DNA of 60,302 nucleotides. Source: Acutalibacteraceae bacterium (GTDB lineage: Bacteria; Bacillota; Clostridia; Oscillospirales; Acutalibacteraceae). Below, one piece after another: positions 7,024-17,800 of this stretch. The notes below the pieces were generated by a model that searched no databases, was not told the DNA's origin, and saw only the letters and a program-made list of their open reading frames with translations. Location of the stretch: the NCBI GenBank assembly GCA_045221075.1, contig JBGUWL010000147.1:1-60302 (forward strand), in the 5' to 3' direction. The first letter of the stretch is position 1. The number at the start of each line of letters is the position of its first letter. The translations under genes were made by a program, and so were the position numbers.

Positions 7024-8799
7024 TTACCGGAGTACCTGTACTTCCGGGGTGTCATAGCTGTCGCTTGCGCCGATCAGTTTTTTGAGATCAGCAGCTGAAG
7101 CGGTAAGGATGTTGTTGTCTGATGTAAGCTCAACGATCTCCGCCTTTGTGGACACATAGTACTCATAGGTGGTATTGGTACCATACCGTGTGTCCTTGTA
7201 GGTAAGGGTCATTGAATCATCGGTTATCTGCAGATTGCCGGTAACGGTAAAGTTGGGAGTAGCAGACTCACCGCCTACAGCAGTAAGCTGCGTTCCGCTT
7301 GAGCCATAACTGCTCATGGGGCTGGACATATTGTTGGAAAGGGTAAAGTCGCCTGTGCCGGTATCTCTTACGAATGTGGTGCTGCCGGTAACAAGCAGGC
7401 CGGAATAGGTGATGACATACTTGTCAACGGAAGAGTCGCTCTCGTCGGTAAGGACTGCGGACTGTACGGTCACATCGTTGCCGTTTGATCCGGTAAGAGC
7501 CTTGACGGTGATCTTCTTTGAGTTTTCGGGATCTGCGCCGTAGGTCATGACGAGCTTCATGGTCTGACCGTTAGCTTCAACAATGAATTCGGCCTGCATA
7601 AGCGCGCCGTTCTTGTTGGTATAGTGCTTAAGTGTGACCTTTACGCCGCCCAGACCGTTTGCAGAGCTGAGAAGCTGCTGGAGATCCACCTTTGAAAGAG
7701 CCTCGTCAATGGCAAGATTGATCTGGCCGTTGATGTTTACGTTGCTTCTTACCCAGTCGGTAAAGTGACCGTAAACGGTAGTGATTATATCGGTATTCTC
7801 AAAGGTGTGGGTGATAACATAAGCGTCGGTCTGTGTGCCGTCGATGTCGGCCTTCTCCTCGCTGACGCTGACGTTGCCGCACTTGTCAAAGTCCTCACAG
7901 AGGGTCTTTCCGAAGGCTTCAAGACCAAAGGGATCCTCAGCCTTGAGGTTTTTGAAGACATACTCATAGACATCCATAAAGGTATCGTACTGAGTGCGGT
8001 TGATGTTGAGGATGTTTTCTCCCTCGGGACCGAAGGCGGAATTGAGTGCGTTCTCTCTCAGTCCTTCATAGTCAAGGTAATAGTCAAAAGACTTTCCGTT
8101 GTAGTCGGCCTTAATAACGCCTCTGTCAAGGGTGGAGTAGAACTCTCCTGTGGCATCAGTATAATCCTCCCCGAAGTCAGGGCTATACTTAATGTTCTGC
8201 TTTACATAGAATTTGTTGTTCACACCGTCAACAGAGAACAAGGTCATGTTGGTGGAGTAATCGTTAGTAACGGTAAGACGGGTGGTCTTCTGTTTGGTGC
8301 TGCTGTCGGCAAAAGTCTTGGTCAGCTTGTTGTTTCCGGCAAGGGAAGCGGCGGTAGTGCGGTAGGAATCCGCAACGTACTTTGTGGGGTCGTCCTTGAT
8401 CTTGCCCAGGGCCATGGAGCTGAGAATAGCCCGTACAACGAAGAAGGTGGCAATGCCCAGAGCGATCACACCGGCAATTACAATAAGCCAGATGATCAGC
8501 TTCTTGTGGCTCTTTTTTGCCACAACGTCTGACATTGTATATTCCTGATATCTGGACTGGTCATTGTTTATTTCGTTCATCTGGTCGGCAGAAAGCACAG
8601 GGGTCTGGTTATAGAAATTATCCTGTCCTGCGCCCTGAGGGTACATAGGCTGAGCCGGATTAGGCTGAGCCGGATTAGGCTGGGCCTGGGTCTGGCCGTT
8701 TGAAAACTCCGGAGAAGAAATGTCCGGAATGAAAGTTCCGCAGCTGCTGCAATAACGGAATGAGGGGTCGTTATCCTTTCCGCATTTTGGACAAAACAT
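7024..8799 (-). CDS. Zinc-ribbon membrane protein with a large extracytoplasmic domain (function unknown)
   Basis: SD AAAGGAG. The N-terminus CPKCGKDNDPSFRYCSSCG is a zinc ribbon. Then an AQPNP repeat low-complexity region and one TM (LIIWLIVIAGVIALGIATFFVV), followed by about 460 aa outside. Confidence 0.7.
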   Translation of the reverse strand: MFCPKCGKDNDPSFRYCSSCGTFIPDISSPEFSNGQTQAQPNPAQPNPAQPMYPQGAGQDNFYNQTPVLSADQMNEINNDQSRYQEYTMSDVVAKKSHKKLIIWLIVIAGVIALGIATFFVVRAILSSMALGKIKDDPTKYVADSYRTTAASLAGNNKLTKTFADSSTKQKTTRLTVTNDYSTNMTLFSVDGVNNKFYVKQNIKYSPDFGEDYTDATGEFYSTLDRGVIKADYNGKSFDYYLDYEGLRENALNSAFGPEGENILNINRTQYDTFMDVYEYVFKNLKAEDPFGLEAFGKTLCEDFDKCGNVSVSEEKADIDGTQTDAYVITHTFENTDIITTVYGHFTDWVRSNVNINGQINLAIDEALSKVDLQQLLSSANGLGGVKVTLKHYTNKNGALMQAEFIVEANGQTMKLVMTYGADPENSKKITVKALTGSNGNDVTVQSAVLTDESDSSVDKYVITYSGLLVTGSTTFVRDTGTGDFTLSNNMSSPMSSYGSSGTQLTAVGGESATPNFTVTGNLQITDDSMTLTYKDTRYGTNTTYEYYVSTKAEIVELTSDNNILTASAADLKKLIGASDSYDTPEVQVLR

Positions 8800-8987
8800 A
8801 AAAACATCTCCTTTTTATGAAATTGAACAGTTGTTCTGTTAATAGTATGTTAACAGAATTTTCTGATAAAAGCAATAGAATCATACAAATTTTTTCTGAA
8901 TAATAGCCGAATTTTTTCGATTTTTCAATTGACAAAGAGGGCTTTTCATCTTACAATTATTATGTTATTTTTATACGAGGTGATCAG

Positions 8988-9758
8988 GTGAACATACTTG
9001 CAATAGGCGATGTTGTGGGCTCTGTTGGCTGCCGGTTTCTCCGCAGCAAGCTGCCTGCACTTAAAAAAAATGAGAATATCGACCTTGTCGTCTGCAACGG
9101 TGAAAACACCGCCGACGGCAACGGCATAACCCCCTCCTCTGCGGACTATCTTTTCAGCAGCGGCGTTGACGTGATAACCGCCGGCAACCACACCTTCCGC
9201 AGACGGGAGAGCTACGAAAAGTTTGACGAATGTCCCTGTCTTATAAGACCCGCCAACTACCCCGAGGCCACCACCCCCGGAAGGGGATATACTGTATATG
9301 ACTTCGGACGGCAGCAGGTGACGGTAATTAACCTGATGGGCTGTTTGTTCATGGAGCCCCTGGATGACCCCTACCTGACCGTGGACAGGATCCTCAGCCA
9401 GACGGAAACAAAGATAATCATACTCGACTTTCACGCAGAGGCCACCGCCGAAAAGCTGGCAATGGCCTTTTACCTTGACGGCAGGATATCGGCAATGTTC
9501 GGGACCCACACCCATGTCCAGACTGCCGACGAGACCATCCTCCCCGGCGGTACAGGCTATATCACAGATGTGGGCATGACCGGACCCCTGCTGTCCGTGC
9601 TGGGGGTAAAGCCCGAGCTTGCCATACGTAGTTTCAAAGAAAAACTGCCGGTGCGCTTTGAGGTTGGCAGCGACCCCTGCTGTATGGATTGTATCAAATT
9701 TTGTATTGATGACCAGACCGGAAAAACGACCATGGTAAAGAGAATAAAAGTTTTATAA
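8988..9758 (+). CDS. ymdB: YmdB-family metallophosphoesterase (2',3'-cyclic-nucleotide phosphodiesterase family)
   Basis: GTG start with GAGGTG SD. N-terminus is MNILAIGDVVG...NGENTADGNGIT...GNHTF. The conserved ymdB-spoVS adjacency is present. Confidence 0.85.
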   Translation: MNILAIGDVVGSVGCRFLRSKLPALKKNENIDLVVCNGENTADGNGITPSSADYLFSSGVDVITAGNHTFRRRESYEKFDECPCLIRPANYPEATTPGRGYTVYDFGRQQVTVINLMGCLFMEPLDDPYLTVDRILSQTETKIIILDFHAEATAEKLAMAFYLDGRISAMFGTHTHVQTADETILPGGTGYITDVGMTGPLLSVLGVKPELAIRSFKEKLPVRFEVGSDPCCMDCIKFCIDDQTGKTTMVKRIKVL

Positions 9759-9891
9759 AAATTCATAAAATTATAACATTTTCTTTATACTATGCACTTG
9801 AATAATATCTGCTTTGTTTATATTATATTAGTGTATGTTTTAATGGCGAAGTATCAATATTTTTACCATACGATTCAGGAGGGCATTAATA

Positions 9892-10152
9892 ATGGAAGTA
9901 TTAAAAGTTTCATCAAAATCCGCACCAAATTCAGTGGCAGGCGCAATTGCAGGTGTTGTAAGAGACTACGGCTGTGTTGAGGTACAGGCCGTAGGCGCCG
10001 GAGCTACCAACCAGGCGCTCAAATCCGTTGCAGTTGCAAGGGGATATCTTGCTCCTATGGGGATCGACCTTGTGTGTATTCCCGCTTTTACCAGCATAGA
10101 GATCGAAGGTATTGAACGCACAGCGATGAAGCTCATCGTTGAGATCAGATAA
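9892..10152 (+). CDS. spoVS: Stage V sporulation protein S
   Basis: 86 aa, MEVLKVSSKSAPNSVAGAIAGV...AVGAGATNQALKSVAVARGYLAPMGIDLVCIPAF. This is near-colinear with SpoVS as I remember it. Confidence 0.9.
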   Translation: MEVLKVSSKSAPNSVAGAIAGVVRDYGCVEVQAVGAGATNQALKSVAVARGYLAPMGIDLVCIPAFTSIEIEGIERTAMKLIVEIR

Positions 10153-10182
10153 TCACATTATTTTAAGGAAGTGCAAGCAACT

Positions 10183-11874
10183 ATGATAAACGGCTCTTAC
10201 TACAAGAATGCGCTGATATCCGGTGCCAACAACATTATCAAGCAAAAAGACGAGATCAACTCTCTCAACATATTCCCGGTCCCTGACGGCGATACCGGTA
10301 CCAATATGTCCATGACCATCGAGGCCGCAGCAAAGGCTCTTGCCGAAAGCAGCGCCCTCAGGATAGACGAAGTGGCAAGTGAGGCCGCATCCGCAATGCT
10401 CAAATCCGCAAGAGGAAACTCCGGCGTTATTCTGTCCCTGCTGTTCAGAGGCATTGCAAACGGACTCAAGGACAAGGGCGAGATCGATGGCAAGGACCTT
10501 GCCGCAGCCCTCAAGATCGGCGTAGATACCGCATACAAGGCCGTAATGAATCCCACCGAGGGCACCATCCTCACAGTTGCCCGCATGGCTTACGAGGCCG
10601 GCAAGGTAGCTTCCGAAGTGGAGTCTGACCCCATCATCGTTTTCAGCTCTGTGGTTTCCGCCGCAAACGACGCCCTCAACCGCACCCCCGATATGCTGCC
10701 GGTACTTAAGAAGGCAGGGGTTGTAGACGCAGGCGGCAAGGGCCTTTGTGTGATATTTGAAGGTATGCTTTCAATGCTGCGTGACGGCATCATGATAAAG
10801 AACGAAGAGCCTGTAGGCATGACCGCCGAGAAGGAGGACAGCGCCGCCGAGTTCTTCCGCAATGCCGCAGCAGAGTTCGATGCAGTTATCAACTTCACCT
10901 ACTGCACCGAGTTCATCATCGGCAAGGACAGAGAGACCGAAAAGGATCCTCAGGAGCTGAGAGCTTTTCTTGAGACCATGGGCGACTGTGTTGTTGTTGC
11001 CGACGACGATGACATCATCAAGGTCCACGTTCATACAGAGCATCCCGGCAAGGCTATTGAGGAAGCCCTTACCTACGGACAGCTTCTGACCGTAAAGATA
11101 GAAAACATGAAGGAGCAGCACAGAAAGGCTGCCGAACAGTATGAAAAGGAAAAGGCAAAGCAGGAAGCCGAAGAGAAAAAGCGCGAGTCCCTCAAGCCCG
11201 TTTCTCCTGTTGAAGAGGTCGGCTTTATTGCCGTTGCCGCAGGAAAGGGTCTGGAGTCCGTATTCAAGGATCTGGGGTGTATCCACGTTGTCAGCGGCGG
11301 TCAGAGCATGAACCCCAGCACTGACGACATCTATCAGGCTGTTATGGCAACTCCCGCTAAGACCGTTTTTGTACTGCCCAACAACAAGAATATTATCCTT
11401 GCCGCAGAGCAGGTAGTTCCCCTTGTAACGGACCGTAAGGTGGTAATCATCCCCACAAAGACTATCCCCCAGGGACTGGTTGCAATGCTGTCCTATTCCC
11501 CCGACGCTACCGTTGAGCTGAACAGCGAGTTCATGCTCTCCGCAGCAAAGAACGTATCCACCGGCAAGGTAACATACGCCGCAAGAAATTCCGAATTCGG
11601 CGGCACCAAGATCAAGGAAGGCGACATCATCGCCCTCAACAACGGCAAGCTCACCCACAAGGACAAGGATCCCGTCAAGGCCGTCATCAAGCTTGCAAAG
11701 GATATGGCGGACCGCGACACCTCATACATCTCCGTAATATACGGCGAGGGCGTCAGCGAAGCCCAGGCCAATGCAGCCTTTGAGGGTATCAAGGCAAAGG
11801 TCGGAGGCGACATCGAGGTAACCCTCATCGACGGCGGACAGCCCATTTACTACTTCATGCTCTCCGTTGAATGA
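10183..11874 (+). CDS. yloV: DAK2/DhaL-domain protein, YloV family
   Basis: Start placed at ATG 10183 (AAGGAAG upstream). The DhaL motif is FPVPDGDTGTNM. The C-terminal DegV-like half and position upstream of recG match Bacillus. Confidence 0.85.
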   Translation: MINGSYYKNALISGANNIIKQKDEINSLNIFPVPDGDTGTNMSMTIEAAAKALAESSALRIDEVASEAASAMLKSARGNSGVILSLLFRGIANGLKDKGEIDGKDLAAALKIGVDTAYKAVMNPTEGTILTVARMAYEAGKVASEVESDPIIVFSSVVSAANDALNRTPDMLPVLKKAGVVDAGGKGLCVIFEGMLSMLRDGIMIKNEEPVGMTAEKEDSAAEFFRNAAAEFDAVINFTYCTEFIIGKDRETEKDPQELRAFLETMGDCVVVADDDDIIKVHVHTEHPGKAIEEALTYGQLLTVKIENMKEQHRKAAEQYEKEKAKQEAEEKKRESLKPVSPVEEVGFIAVAAGKGLESVFKDLGCIHVVSGGQSMNPSTDDIYQAVMATPAKTVFVLPNNKNIILAAEQVVPLVTDRKVVIIPTKTIPQGLVAMLSYSPDATVELNSEFMLSAAKNVSTGKVTYAARNSEFGGTKIKEGDIIALNNGKLTHKDKDPVKAVIKLAKDMADRDTSYISVIYGEGVSEAQANAAFEGIKAKVGGDIEVTLIDGGQPIYYFMLSVE

Positions 11875-11887
11875 TACAGTGTCCTTC

Positions 11888-11925
11888 AAAGCACATTATC
11901 CGAAAGGGTAGTGTGCTTTTCTTTC
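11888..11925 (+). terminator. Terminator after yloV
   Basis: AAAGCACA ... TGTGCTTT stem followed by TTCTTTC. Confidence 0.6.
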
Positions 11926-12354
11926 ATAGACGGATCTACCTGTGATTTGCCCGGGAGAAAAGAGTTATCCCCATACTCATGATAAAACGTAATATAGTCA
12001 GGATATATGGCAGCAGGATGGAACGGGCTGTCCTGCTCATGACAAAACATACCCTCTGCCCTGACCGCCGGAACACGGCAATATGATTTTGCGCCACCCC
12101 GGACACGGCAGGCAGATGAGGTTTTTCCTACGTTGGCCCCGCCGCACCAAGTCATGAGAAAGACCGACGGATAAGTTCATTATTTCCGCCTTTAATCTCC
12201 CGGGCGAGCTCCGTCACCTATCCGCCGGCTGTGTTGAACCCCGCTTGCAGCTTTGTATCAGGGGCATTATTTGCCGATTCGGAAAAAACAAAAGAACACT
12301 CAAATATTTATCCGTCAAACTATAATAATATCCATCCCAAAGGAAGGTGATGCA

Positions 12355-14406
12355 ATGCCGTCACTTTATAATATTCCGGTCAGTGCCCTTAAAAAGATCG
12401 GTCCCAAAAAGGAACAGCAGTTTGAACGTCTTGGGGTCAGAAGCGTAGGTGACCTGCTGCGCTTTTATCCCAGAACCTACGAAGACTGGAGCAATCCCTC
12501 CGGAATTGCGGACGCTCCGGCCGACAGACCCTGCTGTATCAGAGGACGTATCATCGGAGGGAAAAGTCCGGTACGGCTGAAAAACAAAATGACCCTGTTC
12601 AAGCTCCATGTCACAGATGAAAAGGACTATATGAACATTGTGTTTTTTAACAGGGACTATCTTTACGAAAAGATACGGGACGAAGATGAGATGCTGTTCT
12701 ACGGAACAGTAAAGCTCACATCCAACGGATATGAGATGACCTCCCCCCAGGTCTGTCCGGTAGATCGGGCCATCATCAGGCCTGTCTATCCCCAGACCGC
12801 CTCTCTGTCCTCAAAGGATATCGAAAACGCCGTGTCTCAGGCACTGAAGATGCTGCCTGATCATATAAAAGACCCCATCCCTCTTGAGATAAGAAAGGAA
12901 TTTGACCTTTGCGAGCTTGGTATAGCCCTTCACAACATACACTTCCCCAACACCGCCGAATCAGCCGTAAGAGCAAGAAAACGCATGGTATTCGAGGAGC
13001 TTCTGCTGATGCAGCTGGGAATAATGATGAAGGGAAATCAGCAGCTTGTGACAAAGACTCTTCCCATTCATACGGACTATACTGATTCCTTTCTGAAGCT
13101 TCTGCCCTACACCCTGACGAAGGCACAGTCAAGGGTCATCAGCCAGTGCATTGAGGACATGAAGCGCAGCGGGATACCCATGAACCGACTCATACAGGGC
13201 GACGTGGGCAGCGGAAAGACCATGGTGGCCGCAGCCGTCTGCTATACCGCAGTAAAAAACGGTCTGCAGTGCGCCTTTATGGCTCCCACCGAGCTCCTTG
13301 CGGAACAGCATTACAATACCCTCTCCGCTCTGTTTAAGGATACAGGTATTACCCTTGCCCTTCTGACCGGCTCTACAAAGGAGTCCCGGCGAAGGATAAT
13401 ATCCGACGGGCTTGAAACAGGCAGCCTGCAGGCGGTAATAGGCACCCACGCTCTTCTTTCGGACAATGTAAGATTCAAAAGGCTGGGACTGGTCATCACT
13501 GACGAACAGCACCGTTTCGGTGTGGCTCAGAGGGCTTTACTCACCTCCAAAGGAGAATACCCCCACACCATGGTCATGTCAGCAACTCCCATACCAAGGA
13601 CGCTCGCTCTCATGATCTACGGCGACCTCGACGCCTCTGTGATAGACGAGATGCCCCCAGGCAGAAAAAACGTCCGGACCTATCTTGCAGACGGCGAAAA
13701 ACGAGGCCGGATATACGGATTTATAAAAAAGGAAGTGGATAGGGGTAGGCAGTGCTATATTGTATGCCCCCTTGTGGAAGATAATGAAACGGAGCTTTTT
13801 TCCGCAGAGGAATATAAGAGTAAGCTGATGAAAACTCAGCTCAGGGACTGCCGTATCGGTCTGCTCCACGGCCGGATGAAGGCAAAGGACAAGGAAAGCG
13901 TCATGAAGGATTTCTCTGCGGGGAATATCGACATTCTGGTATCCACTACCGTTATTGAAGTTGGTGTGGACGTACCCAACGCTTCCGTAATGGTGATAGA
14001 AAACGCTGAGCGCTTCGGGCTTTCCCAGCTCCACCAGCTCAGGGGCAGAGTTGGCAGAGGCGCCGAGCAGTCCTACTGCATTATGATATCCGACAACGCG
14101 AACCCACAGACTATCGACCGGCTCAAGATCATGTGCATGACAAACGACGGATTTATCATTGCCGACGAAGATCTGAGGATAAGAGGACCCGGAGACTTTT
14201 TCGGCACAAGGCAACACGGACTGCCGGAGCTTAAGGCCGCAAAGCTGACGGACATTCAGTCCGTTGCGGAAGCTCAGGACGCCGCGCGTCAGATAATCCT
14301 CAACGACCCTCATCTAACTGACAAAGCACATTCCGTGCTGCGCTCCGAAGTCAGGCGTGTTTTCGGGTACTCCGGAAACGGTCAGGGACTTTTCGGTACA
14401 GGATAA
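12355..14406 (+). CDS. recG: ATP-dependent DNA helicase RecG
   Basis: Start moved to ATG 12355 (AAGGAAGG SD). Motifs are GDVGSGKT (Walker A), DEQHRFGV and QLRGRVGRG, with an N-terminal wedge/OB region. Confidence 0.92.
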   Translation: MPSLYNIPVSALKKIGPKKEQQFERLGVRSVGDLLRFYPRTYEDWSNPSGIADAPADRPCCIRGRIIGGKSPVRLKNKMTLFKLHVTDEKDYMNIVFFNRDYLYEKIRDEDEMLFYGTVKLTSNGYEMTSPQVCPVDRAIIRPVYPQTASLSSKDIENAVSQALKMLPDHIKDPIPLEIRKEFDLCELGIALHNIHFPNTAESAVRARKRMVFEELLLMQLGIMMKGNQQLVTKTLPIHTDYTDSFLKLLPYTLTKAQSRVISQCIEDMKRSGIPMNRLIQGDVGSGKTMVAAAVCYTAVKNGLQCAFMAPTELLAEQHYNTLSALFKDTGITLALLTGSTKESRRRIISDGLETGSLQAVIGTHALLSDNVRFKRLGLVITDEQHRFGVAQRALLTSKGEYPHTMVMSATPIPRTLALMIYGDLDASVIDEMPPGRKNVRTYLADGEKRGRIYGFIKKEVDRGRQCYIVCPLVEDNETELFSAEEYKSKLMKTQLRDCRIGLLHGRMKAKDKESVMKDFSAGNIDILVSTTVIEVGVDVPNASVMVIENAERFGLSQLHQLRGRVGRGAEQSYCIMISDNANPQTIDRLKIMCMTNDGFIIADEDLRIRGPGDFFGTRQHGLPELKAAKLTDIQSVAEAQDAARQIILNDPHLTDKAHSVLRSEVRRVFGYSGNGQGLFGTG

Positions 14407-14415
14407 TTCTTACTT

Positions 14416-14570
14416 TTTTCCGATTAAAAGCAGACACTTTTAATCGGAAAAGGCGCCGCCACAGGCTGCGCCCATCTGTGCATACGCCCAGATGAAGTCT
14501 CATGCAAACTCCGATGCGCTGACGCGCTATTAAATGCAGACTATGTCTGCTTTTAATAGAAGTTTAGTAT
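14416..14570 (+). repeat. Copy 1 of a ~155-nt five-hairpin MITE-like element (element E)
   Basis: It lies about 10 nt after the recG stop. Hairpins include TTCCGATTAAAAG/CTTTTAATCGGAA, ATCTGTGC/GC(A/C)CAGAT and TTAAA(A/T)GCAGAC/GTCTGCTTTTAA. Other copies are at 36011..36165 and 48841..48995. Confidence 0.85.
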
Positions 14571-14734
14571 CAGATCCTGTCTGAAATATAACTTCCTGTC
14601 AGACGGCATCTCATATCTGCACCTGCTTCACATCCGGTCAATTCATTACTTGAATGCTTCCCTTGAAGACGCATTAACCTGACTGAAGTTGTTTACTGCT
14701 GTTCAGTCAATTACAACCTGATATAATCAATTCA

Positions 14735-14776
14735 GCCCTTCCTGACATCAAGTTTTGTCCGGAAGGGCTTTTTTTG
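14735..14776 (+). terminator. Plus-strand hairpin plus T7 (distal recG terminator)
   Basis: GCCCTTCC ... GGAAGGGC followed by TTTTTTT. Confidence 0.6.
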
Positions 14777-14807
14777 CAAAAAACAGCCGCACCCGAAGGT
14801 GCGGCTG
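14777..14807 (-). terminator. Terminator of the giant pilin-like gene
   Basis: Minor-strand read: CAGCCGCACC-TTCG-GGTGCGGCTG followed by TTTTTT. It lies 22 nt after the stop. Confidence 0.75.
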
Positions 14808-14828
14808 AAGTCAGCACATAAAATATTA

Positions 14829-17800
14829 TCAGTTGCTGTACGTGGGTTTCTTAAGAGATCCGCCTGTGCCTGTACCGCCTTCGTTAGCAGTAGCACGGCC
14901 GATGTACTTAACATGGAGGAAGCTCTTCCAGTAAGTCTCGTCATAGAGATCCGCAATATACTTCGAGTTGTTGTTGCTCTTCTCAATGAGATACTTACCT
15001 TCACGGATACCGAAGTTATGGATCTTACCCATCTCATCACGGTACTTGACCGCGATGTCGGTCCTGAACTCTACAATCATACTGTTGGCAGTATTATCAC
15101 AGCTGTAGAGATAGAAGTGTGCTCTGTTAAGTGACTTTGAAGCACCGTCCAGTGTACCCTCAAATGCAAACTTGAACTCGGTTGCATACATCTTCACGGT
15201 AGGCTTGGTATAGAGAGGATCCGTAGAATCCCATCTGAAGCTAAGACCCTTGTTAGAGAAGAAGTCATAACGAATGGTAGAAGCTGCGAGGTTACCGCTG
15301 TCAGCAGTGATGTTGACATAGGATCCGTTGGGTGCAGTATTTGTACCGGACTGGAAGGTGAATCCGTTGTGCCATGTTGTAGAAGCGTCAAATACTTTTC
15401 CTGCTCCGATAGTCTTTCCATTAAGATCAGCCTCGCCCTCCACATAGTCACCTATGTTCTTGGACTGGGTGAAGTAGTTCTTTGCAGCCTGGCTGAACAG
15501 GTTGATCTTTCCGCTACCATATACAGGTGAGTCTTCATTCTGCTTAACATCGGCATTATCGAAGAAGTAGGAGCCTGCCTTGATAACATAGGAATCACCG
15601 CCAAAAAGTTCAACTGTTGCCGTGGTGTTGAACAGAAGAGTCATAGACTGATAGGTATTGCTGGAGCTCTTCTTCATGTTGTACATCTGGGTTTCAGAAG
15701 CAGTATCCTGAACAAAGATATCCGTTGTGATCTCACGGTAGTCAGAGGTTGTATTCTTTGACCAGTAGGGGTTGCTGGCAGTGTCAACATAAACCCATAC
15801 TTCATCCATATTGATCTCACTCTTGGACTTGCCGCAGGGTTTATAGGAGGAATCTGTACGGCTCTTTTCCAGGAACTCTACGTTGTAGATGGTGTCTACG
15901 CCGGGATGCAGGGTGATACAGGGATATCTTTCGGGGTTGTACTCTGTCAGCTTTTCTTCCTTGAAACCGGTAACAGAAGAAGAAAGGGTATAACGTACCT
16001 TGAAGTTAGAGCCTTCATCGACCTTCTTCTGGGCATCGTAGAATATCAGGATGATACCGCCTTCAGATTCTGTCTCAAGTCCGTCTATTGCTCTCTTAAG
16101 ATTATCAATTGCAGATATGAGCTGAGCGTTGGTGCTGTCGTTGAGGAAGACTTCTTCTGCAGCAGCCATCTTTCTCTTGAGAGACTCCATAGAGTCATTG
16201 GTGTACCTTCTTGACATAAGACCGCTGGCAAGGTATTCGGGATAATTTCCTCCGCCGCCGCCGTGGATCTTATGGTTAGTCATATAGCTATTACTCAGAG
16301 GAGCGGAAATAGCAGATCTGGCGTCTCCAAGCAAACTATACAGTGTGGTATAGTTTGTGAGCCTTGCTTCGATAGTGTTCAGCGCACTATATGCATCGCC
16401 CTCTGACCAGCTATCAACATTTGTGGTAATAAAGAATGTACCGCCTGATGTCTCCTTGATCGTTGAATAATTGCTGTACATATTAAGCAGACCATTGGAA
16501 TAGTAACGCTGTGAGGAAGAAGAAATACCGCCTTCATCGTTGTACTGACCGATAAGGTTGCAGCCATAGTAGCTGGAACGCAGCTTCTGAATGGCCTTTT
16601 TCAGTTTCATCTGGTCAGATTCAAATTCCACCCATGCACCCTTTGCGCCGTATTCGTCATCAGCCTCGGGATCAAAGAGAAGCATAGAACCTCCGCGGAG
16701 TGATGTTTTGAATTCCATCGGTGTGGATGTACCGCCTTCTGCGGGCTTATTAACATTAAAGGTAATGAAGGGAGAATTCTTCGAAATATTATTGAGATAA
16801 TAATAATTCGTATGACCGTATCTTGTAAGATGGTTGGTCATATTAACGGGCTGAGGATCACTGATGAAAGGTCCGTTTACCGTAGCGGTGAGGTTTGACC
16901 ATCCTTCGGGCAGTCTGAAATATACAGTCAGATTATCACCGATCTGATCCTCTTCCGGATCAAAGGTGTAGAGGTTGAGATTCTGATAGTGACCTGAGCC
17001 GCCGTTGTAGTTTGAAAGCATTTCAAGCCATACGTCTCCCACCGCATTCTTCACTATCTTGGTCTGGGTGGTCGGACTGGAGGGGTTCATACCGGTAAGG
17101 GTAAAGGTATAGGTTGCTTTTGAAGATACGGGGATCTTGAAGTCATACCAGTCAAAGTAGGGGCTGAGATCAGCAAGACCGAGACGTCCGTCGGACTCTT
17201 CGTTTCCGTTGGTACCGCCGAAGCGGTTGCCTGAACCGATTATATGTTTGTTGGAGTTCAGCTTGTTACCCTCGCCGTATACATCCATATAAGACTTATT
17301 CTGTACACGGACCTTGAATCCACCTACAAACGCCATCTTATAATCTGTTGCGTTATAGTCGGCTTCGTTAACTCCGGGCTGGCTATAGGTTCCGCCGCCT
17401 GTACCGCCGGTGCTGCCGCCGGTGCCTCCGGGATTGCCGCTGGGCCACGGCTGCATATCATGAGCGCTGCCCGATCCGCCGGTAAAGTAGTAGCCGTTGC
17501 CAACTGTAAAGGATATATCCTTTGTCTGCTTATCGGATGTACCGTTGTTTACGACAAATTTCTTTGCAGCAGCAGGAGGCTTGATCTTATAAACGGTCTG
17601 GTTATACTCATTGGTCTTATAAACTTCGGTAAGTTGATAGCCCGGGAAGGCCGCGCCTACTGTTGTGCCATCAAAGAAATAGATATGAAGGTTCTCAAAG
17701 TTGTAGTTGTTAGTAATGTAGATATAGTCATCTGCATAAGTTACATCCGGTGTAACGACCTGGTTGGCGATTTTTACAGAGCCGACGGTGTGTTTACCGC

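Noticed and set aside
11886-12155. 89-aa minus-strand ORF in the 430-bp yloV-recG spacer
   Set aside because: It overlaps the yloV terminator and has no SD and no recognisable family. The spacer itself (11930..12350) remains unexplained and might hold a decayed gene remnant, but I cannot support that.
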